From Epiperipatus broadwayi (Eukaryota; Animalia; Onychophora), in NCBI GenBank assembly GCA_028023455.1, contig JAQFVV010000008.1, positions 11,842,001 through 11,906,000 of the forward strand: DNA of 64,000 bases, read 5' to 3'. A program made the position numbers and the translations under genes. How positions within the stretch are numbered: the stretch's first letter is position 1; every line of letters starts with the position of its first letter. A model generated the notes under the pieces. The model ran no database searches, was not told where the DNA came from, and was given only the letters and a program-made list of their open reading frames with translations. This document shows positions 1-12,941 of this stretch, piece after piece.

Positions 1-1379
1 CAGATCCCATTTCAATGCATAAATTTGAAAATAGTCTTGAATACAGTGCATTTAATATAATTTATTATTTTTATCACTGCTTGTGATGTATATATAATGA
101 GTAAAAATCATTTTGTTGTCCACTACTTCTTTAATTTTTTTACAACTACTGAATGTTTTAGTCATACTTTCCACTCCATCAGTAAATAAGCCAACACAAT
201 TTTTCCAATTGGATGAGTTCTTTTCAATATAATTATCAACTGCTTTAAATATATCCAACTTAGTTGTGTAATTAGGAAGTTCAACACAACAAAAAAATTA
301 TTTTATATAATTGATTTAATTCATAATCAATATAACGAACATAACATAAAAGTATGGCTTTATTTATAACATCTGCAGATTCATTTATTTGAATTGCAAA
401 CAATGATTTGCTTTCTTTTTTGAATTAATTGATCTTTAATATCAGTCACTAATTCACTAAATCTTCATTGAATAGTATCATTAAAAGTGGCAAAGTTTTC
501 TTTTTGTCTCCAGCAAATATGCCTAGGATTTCAAATATATAGCTATTAAACATGGTTTAATTAAGTTTTGGCAATAGAATACTGCTGCTTGCATTTAACA
601 ATTCTTAGAGCAACTAATTATGATATTTTTATGAAAGACTTATTGATTAAAATAAATTTTTTGAAAGATGATTTTGTATTTCAATTCAGCACTTTTACGT
701 TTAAAAAAAAATTCAATGGCTTATTTTGTAGATTTGAATGTTTGGTCTGTAAATGATGCATTAATTTTGCTGGCATCATACATTCATTGGATATAATTTC
801 TTTGCAAATAATGCATTGAGCTTGAAGCAAATCATTTTGTCAATAAATAATATTTTAATTAGCATTCAAAGTACTTAGTTTTTCAAAAAAGTCTGCAATA
901 GTTTTTGATGTTTTCTTGTTATTATTCATTTTTAAATGGCTAAAATTAATCAAAAAAGTAAATGTCAAATATTTAATATATTTTAATTCTGATTGACTGG
1001 TTATGGAAAATTACATAGTACATACAACCTACAACTGTTACATTATTTTTGTACATAGCAATATCCGCCTCAGCATATGAAGTGCACATGTGCAAAGTTT
1101 GTTAATGGAACAGTGTTTTTACTGTGAGATGACTGATACTAAGAATTAAAAACTTTTTTGTATTTCTTGTTGTGTTTTGTTACTTAGTTTATTTTCTGTG
1201 AATTCTATGAATAAAACAATTAACAAATAAAAGAAAATATTAGAACTGAATTAAAGATAAATTTAATAAAATTAGTCATAATTTAAAAGATTGTAAAATA
1301 ATATATAAATACGAACAAAATTATAAGTTTTTTGTGAACCACTAAAATTTTTCTGCACACCACCAGTTGAAAAATACTG
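1..1379 (-). mobile_element. Decayed hAT transposon, Buster/Charlie (ZBED5/ZBED8-like) group; continues past the left edge
   Basis: Minus-strand translation with stops and frameshifts: QCIICKEIISNECMMPAKLMHHLQTKH (zinc finger), FAIQINESADVINKAILLCYVRY, DIFKAVDNYIEKNSSNWKNCVGLFTDG, SRLFSNLCIEMGS. Terminus CAGTATTTTTCAAC (minus strand) at 1379, flanked by ATCTAAAA (1380-1387), matching the nnnTAnnn target of this group. Confidence 0.9.
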
Positions 1380-3113
1380 ATCTAAAAAAATTAACTCCAT
1401 ATAAGTATAATTTATTTTTCCCTTTTAACTCCATCATTCCTCAAACTATCATTTTATTGCACTGTTAATCATGACAAATCAGAATATTTTCCTTCATGGA
1501 TATTTTTTTAACAAATTAAAACATTACACAGAACTTTTTGCTCTCCATTCTTTTCTTTGAATTAAGAAAAAACTTGGAAACATTGTTTGTCGAGACCAAT
1601 GCTTCATTATAGACTATTATGAAATTTTAATTCATTACAAGTGCTTTTGTGCACACTATTCATTACCCTGATTTATTTATAAGTTATTTCTATTATTGTT
1701 TTGTTCAAGTTACAATATAGTAATAAAAGGAAGAGAAAATGGTAAACTTGAATTTGCACCAAAATTTGCTGCGAATTATGAAAAATTGACTACAAGTAAA
1801 AACATTCAAGAAATAACATTACATTGCATCTTTAATATGTACGTCACATGTATATCATGTGCACAATATAATGAATTGTGAAGTGTTTAGATCTTAAAAA
1901 TTCTATTTCAAATTGAGATGGAAAAATTGGCACAAAATAAATGTCAATTAAATATTTTATTTGAAAATAGTCTTAAAATATATAAAATTTTGAATCTTAT
2001 TTAAAAAAAATTTCCAAATATGTTTTATTATTTATAAATTAAGATTACTATGAATAGAAACATATATAAAAGATTTACCAATATCTAATCACTACACTTT
2101 TTATTATTCGAGTTTTTAAAACCATTAAATGTGAGTTCAATGAAATAAAATTATACATTTCAGATAATCAATCTTAAATAAAAAATTGTCCACAATATCC
2201 AGTTTTTTATACTAAATTAATTCAATTAAAAATTGGCAAAAGGCAATTTTTTTTTTAATAATTAAAATATTTACATTACCTAATTAGTAACATTTAGGAA
2301 TATATTTGTCTAAAGTTTGGTGCTATCAAATGTGTGAAAAAAATCTGGCACTTAGATTAAATTGTAATAATTTGATATTAATAAATATTGAATAAATGAT
2401 GAAAACATGTATGAGAAGCTAAGTCAATGGAAAAGTTCTGATTTAATCAGAAATTCATCTTGGGGTAAATTTATCTTTTTTAAAATGTTTTTATTTAGAT
2501 TTTAAACATGTATAGTGGAATGGAGATTTTCAAGTAAATTTAAGATGTTACACATGGAAAAAACATGCCTATATTTAATAAAACTAATAAGATATATTAC
2601 TCCTTAATTAAGTTTAAAGTTTATATTTGGAATAAAAATGAGATATAATAATTACTAGCTTAATAATTAGTAATAATTCTTAATACATTTATCTACAGTG
2701 AATAATATTAAATATGTGAATGCATGAAATCTGACACTTGTATATCAAACTGTATTGATCGAGGCAATAAGATATCTTCTATCTGATAACCTCATCAATA
2801 AATTAAACTATTCTCTTCCTCCTGTGTCATTTTTTTAATTACAATTAATAAATAAATTTACTTATAAAAATAAAGAGAAATGTTCCTAAAAGATAAAGAT
2901 TGTAAGTAAATTTTATTCATTATAATTAAAAATATGATCATGAGAGGGACATGCTTCAATTTTATTGATGAAAGACATTTATTGATTAGATGAGAATATA
3001 TTAATTATAAAAAAATTAGATTGCCTTTTGTCAGTTTTTAATTGATTTAAAATTTAAATATATATATATATTACTCTTGAAAATATATATCTATTAGAAA
3101 AAAATTTTTCATT

Positions 3114-3198
3114 CACATATACATTCATTCTGCCTTAGCAGGTAACTGACAAGAAAGACCATAGTGTTTCTTGATCTTAAACTCAGAGGGGTAAAAAG
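3114..3198. repeat. ~85-bp dispersed repeat, copy 1 (copy 2 at 45306-45386)
   Basis: CATTCATTCTGCCTTA(G/T)CAGG(T/C)AACTGA(C/G)AAGAAAGACCAT(A/G)GTGTTTCTTGATCTTAAACTCAGAGG is shared by both loci in the same orientation. Confidence 0.9.
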
Positions 3199-3335
3199 TT
3201 AATAAACTCACCATGCTGGTTAATGCATATTAATGAGCAGCCCATCCATGTTTGTATACTATATGAATAATCACATAGTAATAACAGCTACAATGATAAA
3301 GTGGACATTAGGAATTTACTCTGCTTGGTCCTTTA

Positions 3336-4048
3336 TTTTTGCAAATAATGCTTTAGAGCTTTAGGAAATGTTGCAGGAATTATCAGATGAAAGTAAGGTA
3401 AATGTTAAAAAGATTAGAGTATATTCAATGGATTTTCTCAAAGGATAAAAATAAAGATTAATTATGATGAGTTAGAAGAAGTTAACAACTACAAATACCT
3501 TGGTCCAATTATTACTACAGATGGAAACATAATGGATAAAATTAATCATAGAATTAAACTTGGTTGGAGTGCTTTTGGTAGAAATAACTTAATACTGAAA
3601 TGAAATATGCCTATGTGTTTGAAAAAGAAAGATTTTTAATAAATGTGTTTTACCAGTTCTTACTTATTAATCTGAGATCAATACAGAGATTTCAGATACC
3701 CCAAAAAAGTATAAAGAGATGCATGTTAGGAGTAACAAGAAGAGAACACAATATATGGGTAAGAGAACAAACAGGTGTTACTGACAGTGTTGAAAGAATT
3801 AAAAGACTGAAGTTAGGCTGGACATATTGCCAGAAGAGATGATAATACATAGACAAGTGAAATGTTAAAGGGGATTCCAAGAGATTGCAAAAGACCCAGA
3901 AAGAACCTACATGTGAGATGGATGGATGAAATAAGTAAGTGTGCAGTGGTGATATGGAAAAGAGACTAGAGCTTGGAGAAGATGGGTTGAACTTGGAGAG
4001 ATCTTTATCTTGCAGTGGAGCAATAGGGTTGACAATGATGATGATGAT
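3336..4048 (+). mobile_element. 5'-truncated RTE-clade LINE, 3' end (same family as 42655-45247)
   Basis: Translates with lesions to INYDELEEVNNYKYLG, HRIKLGWSAFGR, RCMLGVTRREHNIWVREQTGV and RWMDEI. Aligns by eye to the element at 42.7-43.4 kb and ends in a (GAT)n tail at 4036-4048. Confidence 0.9.
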
Positions 4049-4099
4049 TGTTTTTGAAGACAAAACTGATAATTAATTTACATAATGCATTATTTATCT

Positions 4100-4410
4100 T
4101 TCAGATCTGGAATCTGGAGAATAATTACAGAAATAAAAAATTGGATATTGTGAATAAAGATGAGATTGGAAATAGTATAAAAAAGAATCATGGAAATACA
4201 AAATTAATAATAAAGATATTAAGCAACAAATGAAAATACAATAGCCTATAACAGGTGAAAAAACTAACTTTTTGTGATAATATACAAGAAATGGATGGCA
4301 AAAGACTACCAAGATAATGGAATAGTTATTACAAAAAAGATGGAAAAAAATGAGTTGAGATAGAATGGATGCAAGGAATATCAATAGTAACACTGAGGAC
4401 AATGAAATTT
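4100..4410 (+). mobile_element. Possible second, more diverged RTE-like 3' fragment
   Basis: Broken translation includes IWRII and DNIQEMDGKRLPR, resembling the RTE C-terminal region; heavily decayed. Confidence 0.4.
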
Positions 4411-4420
4411 ATATATCCTC

Positions 4421-5086
4421 TGATGTATACAGGAGCCAAACTCATCTAACCCAGCTGTAGACTCATAAATTTATTTTAAAAAAATAAGTACACAATAAAT
4501 TTAAACTTAAGAAAAAAAAATTATTAATCTGAATATAAAACAATATTCATAACTTCAATTGGCAAACTGGTTGTCTTCATAAATAAATTTGCAACTATAG
4601 GTAAGGAAGTTTCTTGCATTCTCCAGCAATTATGGTAATTGGTACATTTCTTATATAAATTTATGCATGCACCATAATTGATCATGTTAACTACAATGCT
4701 AAATTCTATTTCATGGCATATTGTTAACTCTTCTGGATACTGGACTGCAAGTACACTTAACAACTCATTTTGCTTCGTGGCCTTGTTCACTACTTATGCA
4801 TGGCATTGATCTGCTCATATATATATATATCTAGTTCAGCAGTTTTTCATTTGCTTTTTCTAATTTGCACAGTTAATAATTACATTACTGCTTCTCTACA
4901 AATTAGTATATCAATTTACATTTTTCTTTTTGCTTAACTTTAAGTATCACGCATACTAACTTTCTAGAGGGTGCTCGAATGGCCTCTTATTTCTGACACA
5001 TTATATCTGCACACATACTCATACTACTCTATTTTATCTTTATTATGTTATCAGTGTACAAATTTCTGTATAGTCAGAACACAATA
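4421..5086 (-). repeat. 3' LTR of the Gypsy element
   Basis: Starts TGATGTATAC on the + strand and aligns along its length to 8894-9553. Purine-rich AGAGTGAGGAAAA lies just inside on the minus strand (PPT candidate). Confidence 0.88.
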
Positions 5087-8000
5087 GTACTTTTCCTCAC
5101 TCTAGAAATTATTCCAAAGTTCAATTACAAATATAATCTAATTTAATATGATTTCTTCATTCTCTTGTTCTTCTCAGCAGGGATATCAGTCTGTCTTCCT
5201 CCCGCTGTTGTCTGCTATTATGATCTACAGGCAAATCCAGTAGATTTGAACTTGTAGTAAACGCTTCCTTACTGATATTTCCACTATGCTTTATATGATT
5301 CTTGACAAAAGTGGTAGATTAACCTGTTATTTCTTTATTTAGTTCTAACAGCTCACATAAATAAATTTGTAAATGGTCTATAAGTTTTCTTATTTCTCTG
5401 CCATCTCTCAATTTAATCATAATTATCTAGATAGCAGTTTAGTTATAATCCCAGGTAGCCAGTTCTTTTTCAATGTATCCTATATCAATATTGTTCTCCT
5501 GTTTTAAATTTTAACACTTTATGACTTTGTCTCATTTTTTCTAGTTTATCAGGTATCATCACAGATTCTATGGGTTTGAAAATGACATTATGTTAGTAAT
5601 TCTGCAGAAATTTTTTTCATCACAGAACTCGGTGTGAAATGCTGATAAAACATTGCTGTAGTTAATGCTTCATGAATATTAACATATTACATTTTATTCT
5701 TTATACTTTTTAATTGATGAACAGCCTTTTCGCTAGTCTATTTGACTCTAGATGGTAAGGGGTGTTAATAAATACTGTGCTCTCTTCTTAGCTAGAAAAT
5801 TCTTCATCTATACTAAACCAAATTCAGTACCATTATCTGTGACTAATAATTCGGAGTAATCATGCAAAGAGTTCGTCCAATATTTTGGCTATATGCTTTG
5901 TGTATTTTTAACTATCCTGTATTCTGTCCATTTAGAATATACATCAACAATGACAAGAAATATACATCCATGAAATGGTCCTGCATAGTCTAAGTGAATC
6001 CTTTGCTATTCTTTAGTAGCTTCTGGCTATGGTTGTAACTGCTGATAATTTCGCGAATGATTGTTAGAATGTCATATCTTGGCACAGACATACAACTAAA
6101 CTAATTCTTTCATATGAACAATTCCTGAATGTCTTTAATGTAGCAGCTCTAACCATATTTCCTCTCCTAAGTAAGAATTAAAATTCGGCTGGTCATAAGG
6201 ATACACTCATTATATAAAAATAAGTTCTCTCAGCAGCACCAAATGTTCCAAACCACCTTATTTGTTCATTTATTTGGCCATCCTTGCTTTATCCACTTCA
6301 TAATTAACTGGTACTCAGCATTCTTTTTTTGGCCAGTTTGCTACAACTTTACTATTTTCTATATCAGATTTCATAGTATCTATATAATTTATTTCAGTTC
6401 TCGCTTGTGTGGCTTTTTATTCAGAGTTTTAAATCTGCTTTCCTGGCTTACATATTAATTCAAAATCATAAGAAGTCAAGATGTTAATCCATCATAGCAT
6501 ATAGTGACTGGCAAATTCCAGAGACACTCTACTCTTGCCTAATATCCCCAATAAAGATCTACGATCTGAAAAAATTTTAAAAGAATGTCCATATACATAT
6601 TAGTGCAATCTTTTTATTGCAAATTCACTTGCTAAAGCTTCTTAATCTAGTTGGCTATAATTTTATTTTTTCTCAGCAGCAGGTTGAGATCTGGAAGCAT
6701 ATGCTATAGAGTATTTGTCTTCATATATTTTTGTGAGAAATTATAGCACCTATTTCAGAGTCTCACCATGACAATGGACTAACAGTTGGTTAAAACCAAA
6801 AAGTCTTTAATTTTTCTAAAAGCCCCTTTCTGTTGTAATTCCCCAAATCCATCACTGATTCTTCATTAATAATTGGTAGAGAGAAGTTACTATATAAATT
6901 ATGCGTATTAGAAAGCTTTCAAAAAAATAAGTAAAACCAAAAAGGTTTGCAATTCTGACAATTTTTTATTATTTTGGTGCAGTCTTAACTACTCTGACTT
7001 TCTCCAAATTAGGGCATTTGATCTTATCTGTTACGTAATATGACCTAGAAATCTAATTTTCCTGGATGACCATGTACATTAGAGAGATTTAATCTATCTA
7101 AACATTTGCCCGTCTTATAAACCCCTTTTCATTTTCAGTGAATATTAAAATGTCATCAAAAAAGAATATAACTTCTTCTGCACCTCTTAAAAGACTTTCC
7201 ATTTTGACTTTGAAAACATTAGGCGCTATAGTTATACCATAACACAACTTTCTGAACTTAAACAGACCCAAATATGTGTTTAAGGTAAATAACTTGGCTA
7301 TTGTAGCAATAACTAAAATTTGGAAATGCTGACTGCAAATTGAATTTGGAAAAAAGAGAAGTTTTCTGAAGAGAAGTTAATACCTCTCTAATGCTTGGTG
7401 CCGGATAAACTTCATTGTTAATGTTCTTATTTACTGTTAGTCGATAGTCAACACATATTCTTATATTACCATTAAATCACAATATAACAATTATGGGTGT
7501 AGTTCAGATCGATTCTTCCATTGGTGAAATAATGCTTTTCTTGACTAATTCATTTAACACTTTTTCCACTTCAGACTTGAGAGCTAATAGAACTTTTCTT
7601 GATCTACAGATAACTGGTTGCGCATTTGACATTAGTTCTATATCCACTGGTTGCATTTTCAAGTTTACTGGGCTGGATTTAAAAAGTTAAGGGAATTTAT
7701 TTCTTACCTGACAGATTTCAGTTATATTCTTTTAATAAATTTAGTCCTAATTTCCAAAGGCTTGAACAAATTATTTTTAATCGTCTATTAACTTCTACTG
7801 GCACTGTCACTATCCTCATTATATAAATGCAATTTCCATTTAAACCACAGCAACCAAATTTCATCTTATAGATTGGTAAATTTTTATTCCATTTTCTTTT
7901 AATGGCTATTCAATCCTATTGATGGATGAGAGACAAGCCTGCACCAGTCAATTTCCATTTTAATAATTTGGTCACAGATTTTCACCTCTAATTACATGTA

Positions 8001-8893
8001 TTATCACTTTCTATTATTTTTTTCACGTTCACTAAACTCTTTGTAAACTATTCTCCTAGATTTATTATTCACTGGCAAATCTATTTCGGTCATTTTCTGT
8101 TTACTTTTACAAATTTTAGACAAACATCCCTTCAGTCCGCAGTTTTAGCATTTCTCATTTCTAAATTTACACATTTTCTTTATGTGTAATTTAGCAACTG
8201 TAAACATCCTCTTGAGTGTTCCTATTAGTCAGGTATGTTTTCACCTTTGATGCAGTTGGTTTGAGCATTCTGTAACATGTTCCAGAATAGCTTCATATGC
8301 TATTATTTCTCCAATAGCCCCAGTGTTTGTAAATGTAGTCTCATTGAATAATACCTGTCTAAACTTTATACCTCTCATACCCCATAGCAGCTGGTCTAAC
8401 AAAACATCTTTCAGCTCATCTTTGAACTAGCATTTCTCTATTAGCTCATGTAGTTGAATATTGTATTCCTGAATGCTTTCATTTGGTGATTGCAACCTAC
8501 TTCAGAAATAGAGTCATGCTATATATTTCAATCATTAGTTTGAAGTATGTAAGTTTAATTTCTGTAACAATTCTTCATACAGCGTGTCTTCAGCTGCTTT
8601 AGTTATACAGATAATTAGCCACTTGGGTACATCTTTTCCTACATGCACATTAAAATAGCAACTTTCAGCTTATTATTTATAATATTGTTTATTATCATGT
8701 ACCTTTCGACATAAGCCACATATATTTGCCATTCAGCTGCATTATTAACATTGAAAAACATTACTGTTGATGTCTGTTTCTGTTATTACTAAGTAGATTA
8801 TGCGGATTTCAGGAATCTTGCCCATTAGTCCCCAATATATTCTTTTTCCAACTGATACTTTCAACAGGTTCTTAAATAGTTGACAGTGCTATC

Positions 8894-9553
8894 TGATGTA
8901 TACCGGGGTCAGACTCACCTAAGCCAACTGTAGACTCATTAATTTACTTTTAGAAAATAAATACCTAATAAATTTAAATGTAAGAAAACAAGAGTTTATT
9001 ATTTTGAATATAAAATATAATATTAATAAAGTGTTCATACCTTCAACTAACAGTTTACTGATTGCTTTATAATAATAAATTTGCAACTATAGATGGAAAC
9101 CTTCTTGAATTCTCCAACAATTATATTGATACATGGCTCAGTATAAGTCTAAACTATTAATTATAATACTGCTTTCTATTTCACTGCATATTTTAACTAT
9201 TAACTTTTCACTATCCACTCTTCTGTATATTGCACTGCATGTACGCTTAACAACACATTTTTGTTCTGTGGCCATATTCACTGCCAAAGCATGACACTAT
9301 TTTCACACATACTTCTAGTTCAGCAGTTTATTATTTACTTTTCCTAATTTGCATAATTAATTACATTATTAATTCTCGGCAAATTAGCCTATCAATTTAC
9401 ATTTTCTTTTTGCATAATTTTAGGTATCATGTATAATAACTTTCTAGAATGGGTTCAATGTTCTTTTATTTCCAATTATATCTACACACACATTCATGCT
9501 ATTTTATTTATCTGTTATCAGGATACAAATTTCTTTATAGTTAAAACATAACA
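8894..9553 (-). repeat. 5' LTR of the Gypsy element
   Basis: Minus strand begins TGTTATG and ends ...TACATCA. It is followed by GA-TAGCACTGT, a possible G-to-A-decayed TGGCGCTGT tRNA-Ser-type PBS (inference). Confidence 0.88.
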
Positions 9554-12500
9554 CTTCCCTTTTCATTTCTTAATATATTTTATATCTATTTTTGAACCTC
9601 ATTAAACTGTAATGAGTTCTCACTCTATTATTTGATATTCTATAAAATGCATTTGTGAGATGTGTAAATATATATATATGATCACTAGATGGAGCTTACC
9701 AATAGCTCAAATCAAGCTTTATTTTATAAGTGCCGAACGAGAAAGAATGAATATATATATATCATGACAATCTAACACTTAATTTATCTAGTACCTAGAG
9801 TTATAAAGTTCAAATTATAAGATCTGCTTTCAATTTGGACCTTGTAATTCTAGTTGATACTATTGAATAAACTTAAATATTTGGGTGTAATAATTGTTGG
9901 TAAATTTTAGAGTAGGATTATACATATTTGTATATATTGTAATTGCCAGATTAGTGCTGTATGTCACGGTATTTAAAAAAAATAAAAAAGTTAGAGAGAA
10001 TAAATGTTCATGTATATTAAGGTGAAAGTAGTTTAGTGATAAAAGAGAGAGAAAGGAAGAAGAGAAAAGAAAAGGTCCTTTTTTTTTACTTTTGTGTATG
10101 GGAGGTATTTTAAGTGTCAGGTTAGTGCTGTATGTCATAGTAATTAAAAAAAAAAAATAAAGAAGTTTGTTGATCTTGTTTAATTTTCATTTTACTTGAT
10201 CCATGGATAATGGAGATGTTTTAATATTAATCTTAACTAGATAGCCATGGCAACCTAATCTTTTAAAATCATAAATTTGTTGTGTTCAATTTCAGAAAAA
10301 AAATTATAAACCAGTGAATAAATAAATAGATTTTGGAAATAGATAAGTGAATCATAAAAAGATCACTTGAACAATCACCATAGCAACTTACCTACTATAA
10401 AATTAAATGTTTTATGTGTCATATATGTTTTGTTTATTAATTAGTAATGGAATAGATTATTAAAAATATATGTAAAAAACTATATATATATATATTAATG
10501 AAATATGAATTCTTTATTTTTGGTTTAAAATGAAAAATAATATTGAACTTGTAAAACAGGGTTTTATTTTCACTGTATCCAGTTGTTTTAAAATCTTCAT
10601 TTTACTTATTAATTGGAGGAAAATTTTCTTAAACAATTTTCTTACATTAACAAGCGAAATTTAAGTGATATTCAACAGTCCTTCTGACAACATTGACATC
10701 AGCAAGAGTATGTTACAAATAGAACCAAAATACTGCAACTTGAGTTCTTGCAATTTTATCATTGCCTAGTACGGACATGTTTATATTCGTCTTTAAAAAA
10801 TTTGTTAAAATTTTATGTTTTTTAAGTTATTAATTTCTCAAATCATGGAAGGATAAACCCAACCATCTAACCATTCAATTGGGCAGAATTCCAGGGGATA
10901 CAGAAAAATGTGAAAAAAAAAGGAAGTTAACTATAAAAAAAATATTCTGTTGTTAAAATCTAGAATCCATCTATTTCTTCGTGATGAATACAAATCCAAT
11001 GATGTGTATATGAATATCATATTTCAGATCAATGAATATCACAAGATTGATTAACTCAACTTATATATGATATTAAGCAATTTAAATTTTATTTTCTTAA
11101 TACGAAAAGAAAAAGCTAGTATTTATTATTCACTTGGATATAACTAAATTTTGACAATGAAAAAAATTCTCTTTATACGTTATTACCAATGAAAAGGGGA
11201 AATAAAGCCAGGGTGATATGCGATTTTACATCGATGAAGTAACTATTGTTTTAAAAGCTTGGATACATTTATATGCTTAAAAGAAAATATTGGAATTTAA
11301 AAATGCTAAAGTAATTAGATTCAAATCCGGGATAGTTATCATTCATGCTCGTCTTCCCTACTTAAAGGAAAATCATGTCTATGCATTAGAATTAGAAATG
11401 AGGAACCAGAAGCTCGATGGACTAGTGTGTGAAAATAGACAGACTTTTCACATAGATGGCATGACATCTCTCTATTTTTTTATTTATTAAAAGAGTGTTT
11501 ATGTTTGTTCATATTTTATTTTAAAACATAGGCTTAAATGGTATATATATATATATGAGTTATTATAGGATTCACAGAATAAAAAGGTCGGAGAGATTCA
11601 TTTCAGTTTTAATTATTTAAACTCTTATCTGATGATATAGGTTAATATGATTCAATGTTTTCAAATATTTGAATTTTTTTCTATGTTCAAGATTTAACTC
11701 TGGTATAATTGGATAGAAAAAGATTTAAATATAATAGGTTTTATGTTAGTTTATTATTTAGAAATTACATTAATGAATAAATAGAGATCAGTTTTTATTT
11801 GATAACTTTTTTTAATCGTTGTATATTCTATTTAAAGTCTCAGGAAGATATTTAAAATCTTTCCTTCAGTTTTATAAATAGTATATTATCATGCAACAGA
11901 CTTTTGAGTTTCATATACATACATTTTATTCTTATTCATCATTGATTATGATACAGTGATAGACTTTTCAATTATTTATATATTAAAGAAACATAGTATT
12001 GTATTTTTTTTAACTGGCTACGATTTTAGTCTATTACATATATCATTCGTTATTGTTCTTTTATATATATTTATTATTACTATTATAAATTTTAATGATT
12101 AACCAATAAATTTAGAATTGATTAAAATCTGGTGAATCTGTCTAATTATTTCTTTCGAATGTGCAAGATAATTTTTGGTACTTAAAAGTTCGATCGAAGA
12201 TCAAATCCATTTTATATAAATTTTATATTTCTTATTACAATTAAATATTTGTTTACTTAACTAAATCAATATTACTGGTAGAAATAATTTCATTAGTTCA
12301 GTATTGATTATTAATTTTCTTATCTGGTCCGGTTAAGAAATCTTAATAGATTTTATTCTGTCAATAGTCAGAATGCTTTGTCTTAATTACTTTTAAACTT
12401 CTTTGAAGTGGGGATCATATATTTTACTGACTAGTATAACTTAATATTATCTTTGGCTTGGATAACTGCTAATAATCATTTTCTATAGTTTAATTGTTAT

Positions 12501-12785
12501 AAAATCCATTTTTATAATCGATTGATTGGAGATTTAAGTAGATGAGTAATGGTATATTTTATATAAAATGTGATTGGGTATAGCCAAATGCAAGATTATC
12601 TAATAAATTTATTGATAATGAATTCTTGTAGAGTGTTTCATTTTTAATACAAAACTTAAGCCATAATTGCATATCGATATAATGTAAAGTATAAATAAAA
12701 TATTGATATTATACTTAACGTTTTAAAGTTGTAATTATAAATTTATTTAATGCACATTGATTACATAAATAATATTTACTAAGGC

Positions 12786-12941
12786 AATAAACCTTTAAGC
12801 ATGTGCGCTTGAAAATACGAAGGTAGGGATCTCTACAAGTCTTAACCACAAGCTTACTTCTTCCAAAGAGTAAGCTTGTGGTTAAAATGTGTAGAGGTCC
12901 CTAGCTTCGTATTTTCAAGCACACATGCTTAAAGGTTTATT
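12786..12941. repeat. 156-bp near-perfect foldback palindrome (MITE-like)
   Basis: Arms of ~76 bp: AATAAACCTTTAAGCATGTG...ACCACAAGCTTAC pairs with GTAAGCTTGTGGT...CACATGCTTAAAGGTTTATT, with about 6 mismatches, one bulge and a 3-nt loop. TA flanks AACC...GGTT on both sides. Confidence 0.92.

Larger units (their letters stand above)
4421..9553 (-). mobile_element. Full-length decayed Ty3/Gypsy LTR retrotransposon, Mag-clade-like
   Basis: Two LTRs (4421-5086, 8894-9553). Minus-strand internal order: gag (QSPNESIQEYNIQLHELIEKC, KDVLLDQLLWGMR), zinc knuckles (CKFRNEKC*NCGLKGCLSKIC, ~8110-8200), protease (KMEID/GAGLSLI with frameshift, ~7930-7965), RT (LGLFKFRKLCYGITIAPNVF...IFFFDDILI, DD at 7152-7157), RNase H (IAYASRS...NYSQLD*EALA), integrase (RIHLDYAGPF, LVIVDVYSKWTE, LVTDNGT, TPYH). 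Candidate 4-bp TSD CCTC/CTTC. Confidence 0.93.

Noticed and set aside
1696-1881. 61-aa ORF or exon (KGRENGKLEFAPKFAANYEKL)
   Set aside because: No family recognised and splice signals are weak.
4524-4790. 88-aa minus-strand ORF
   Set aside because: Lies wholly in the 3' LTR; the homologous frame in the other LTR has stops.
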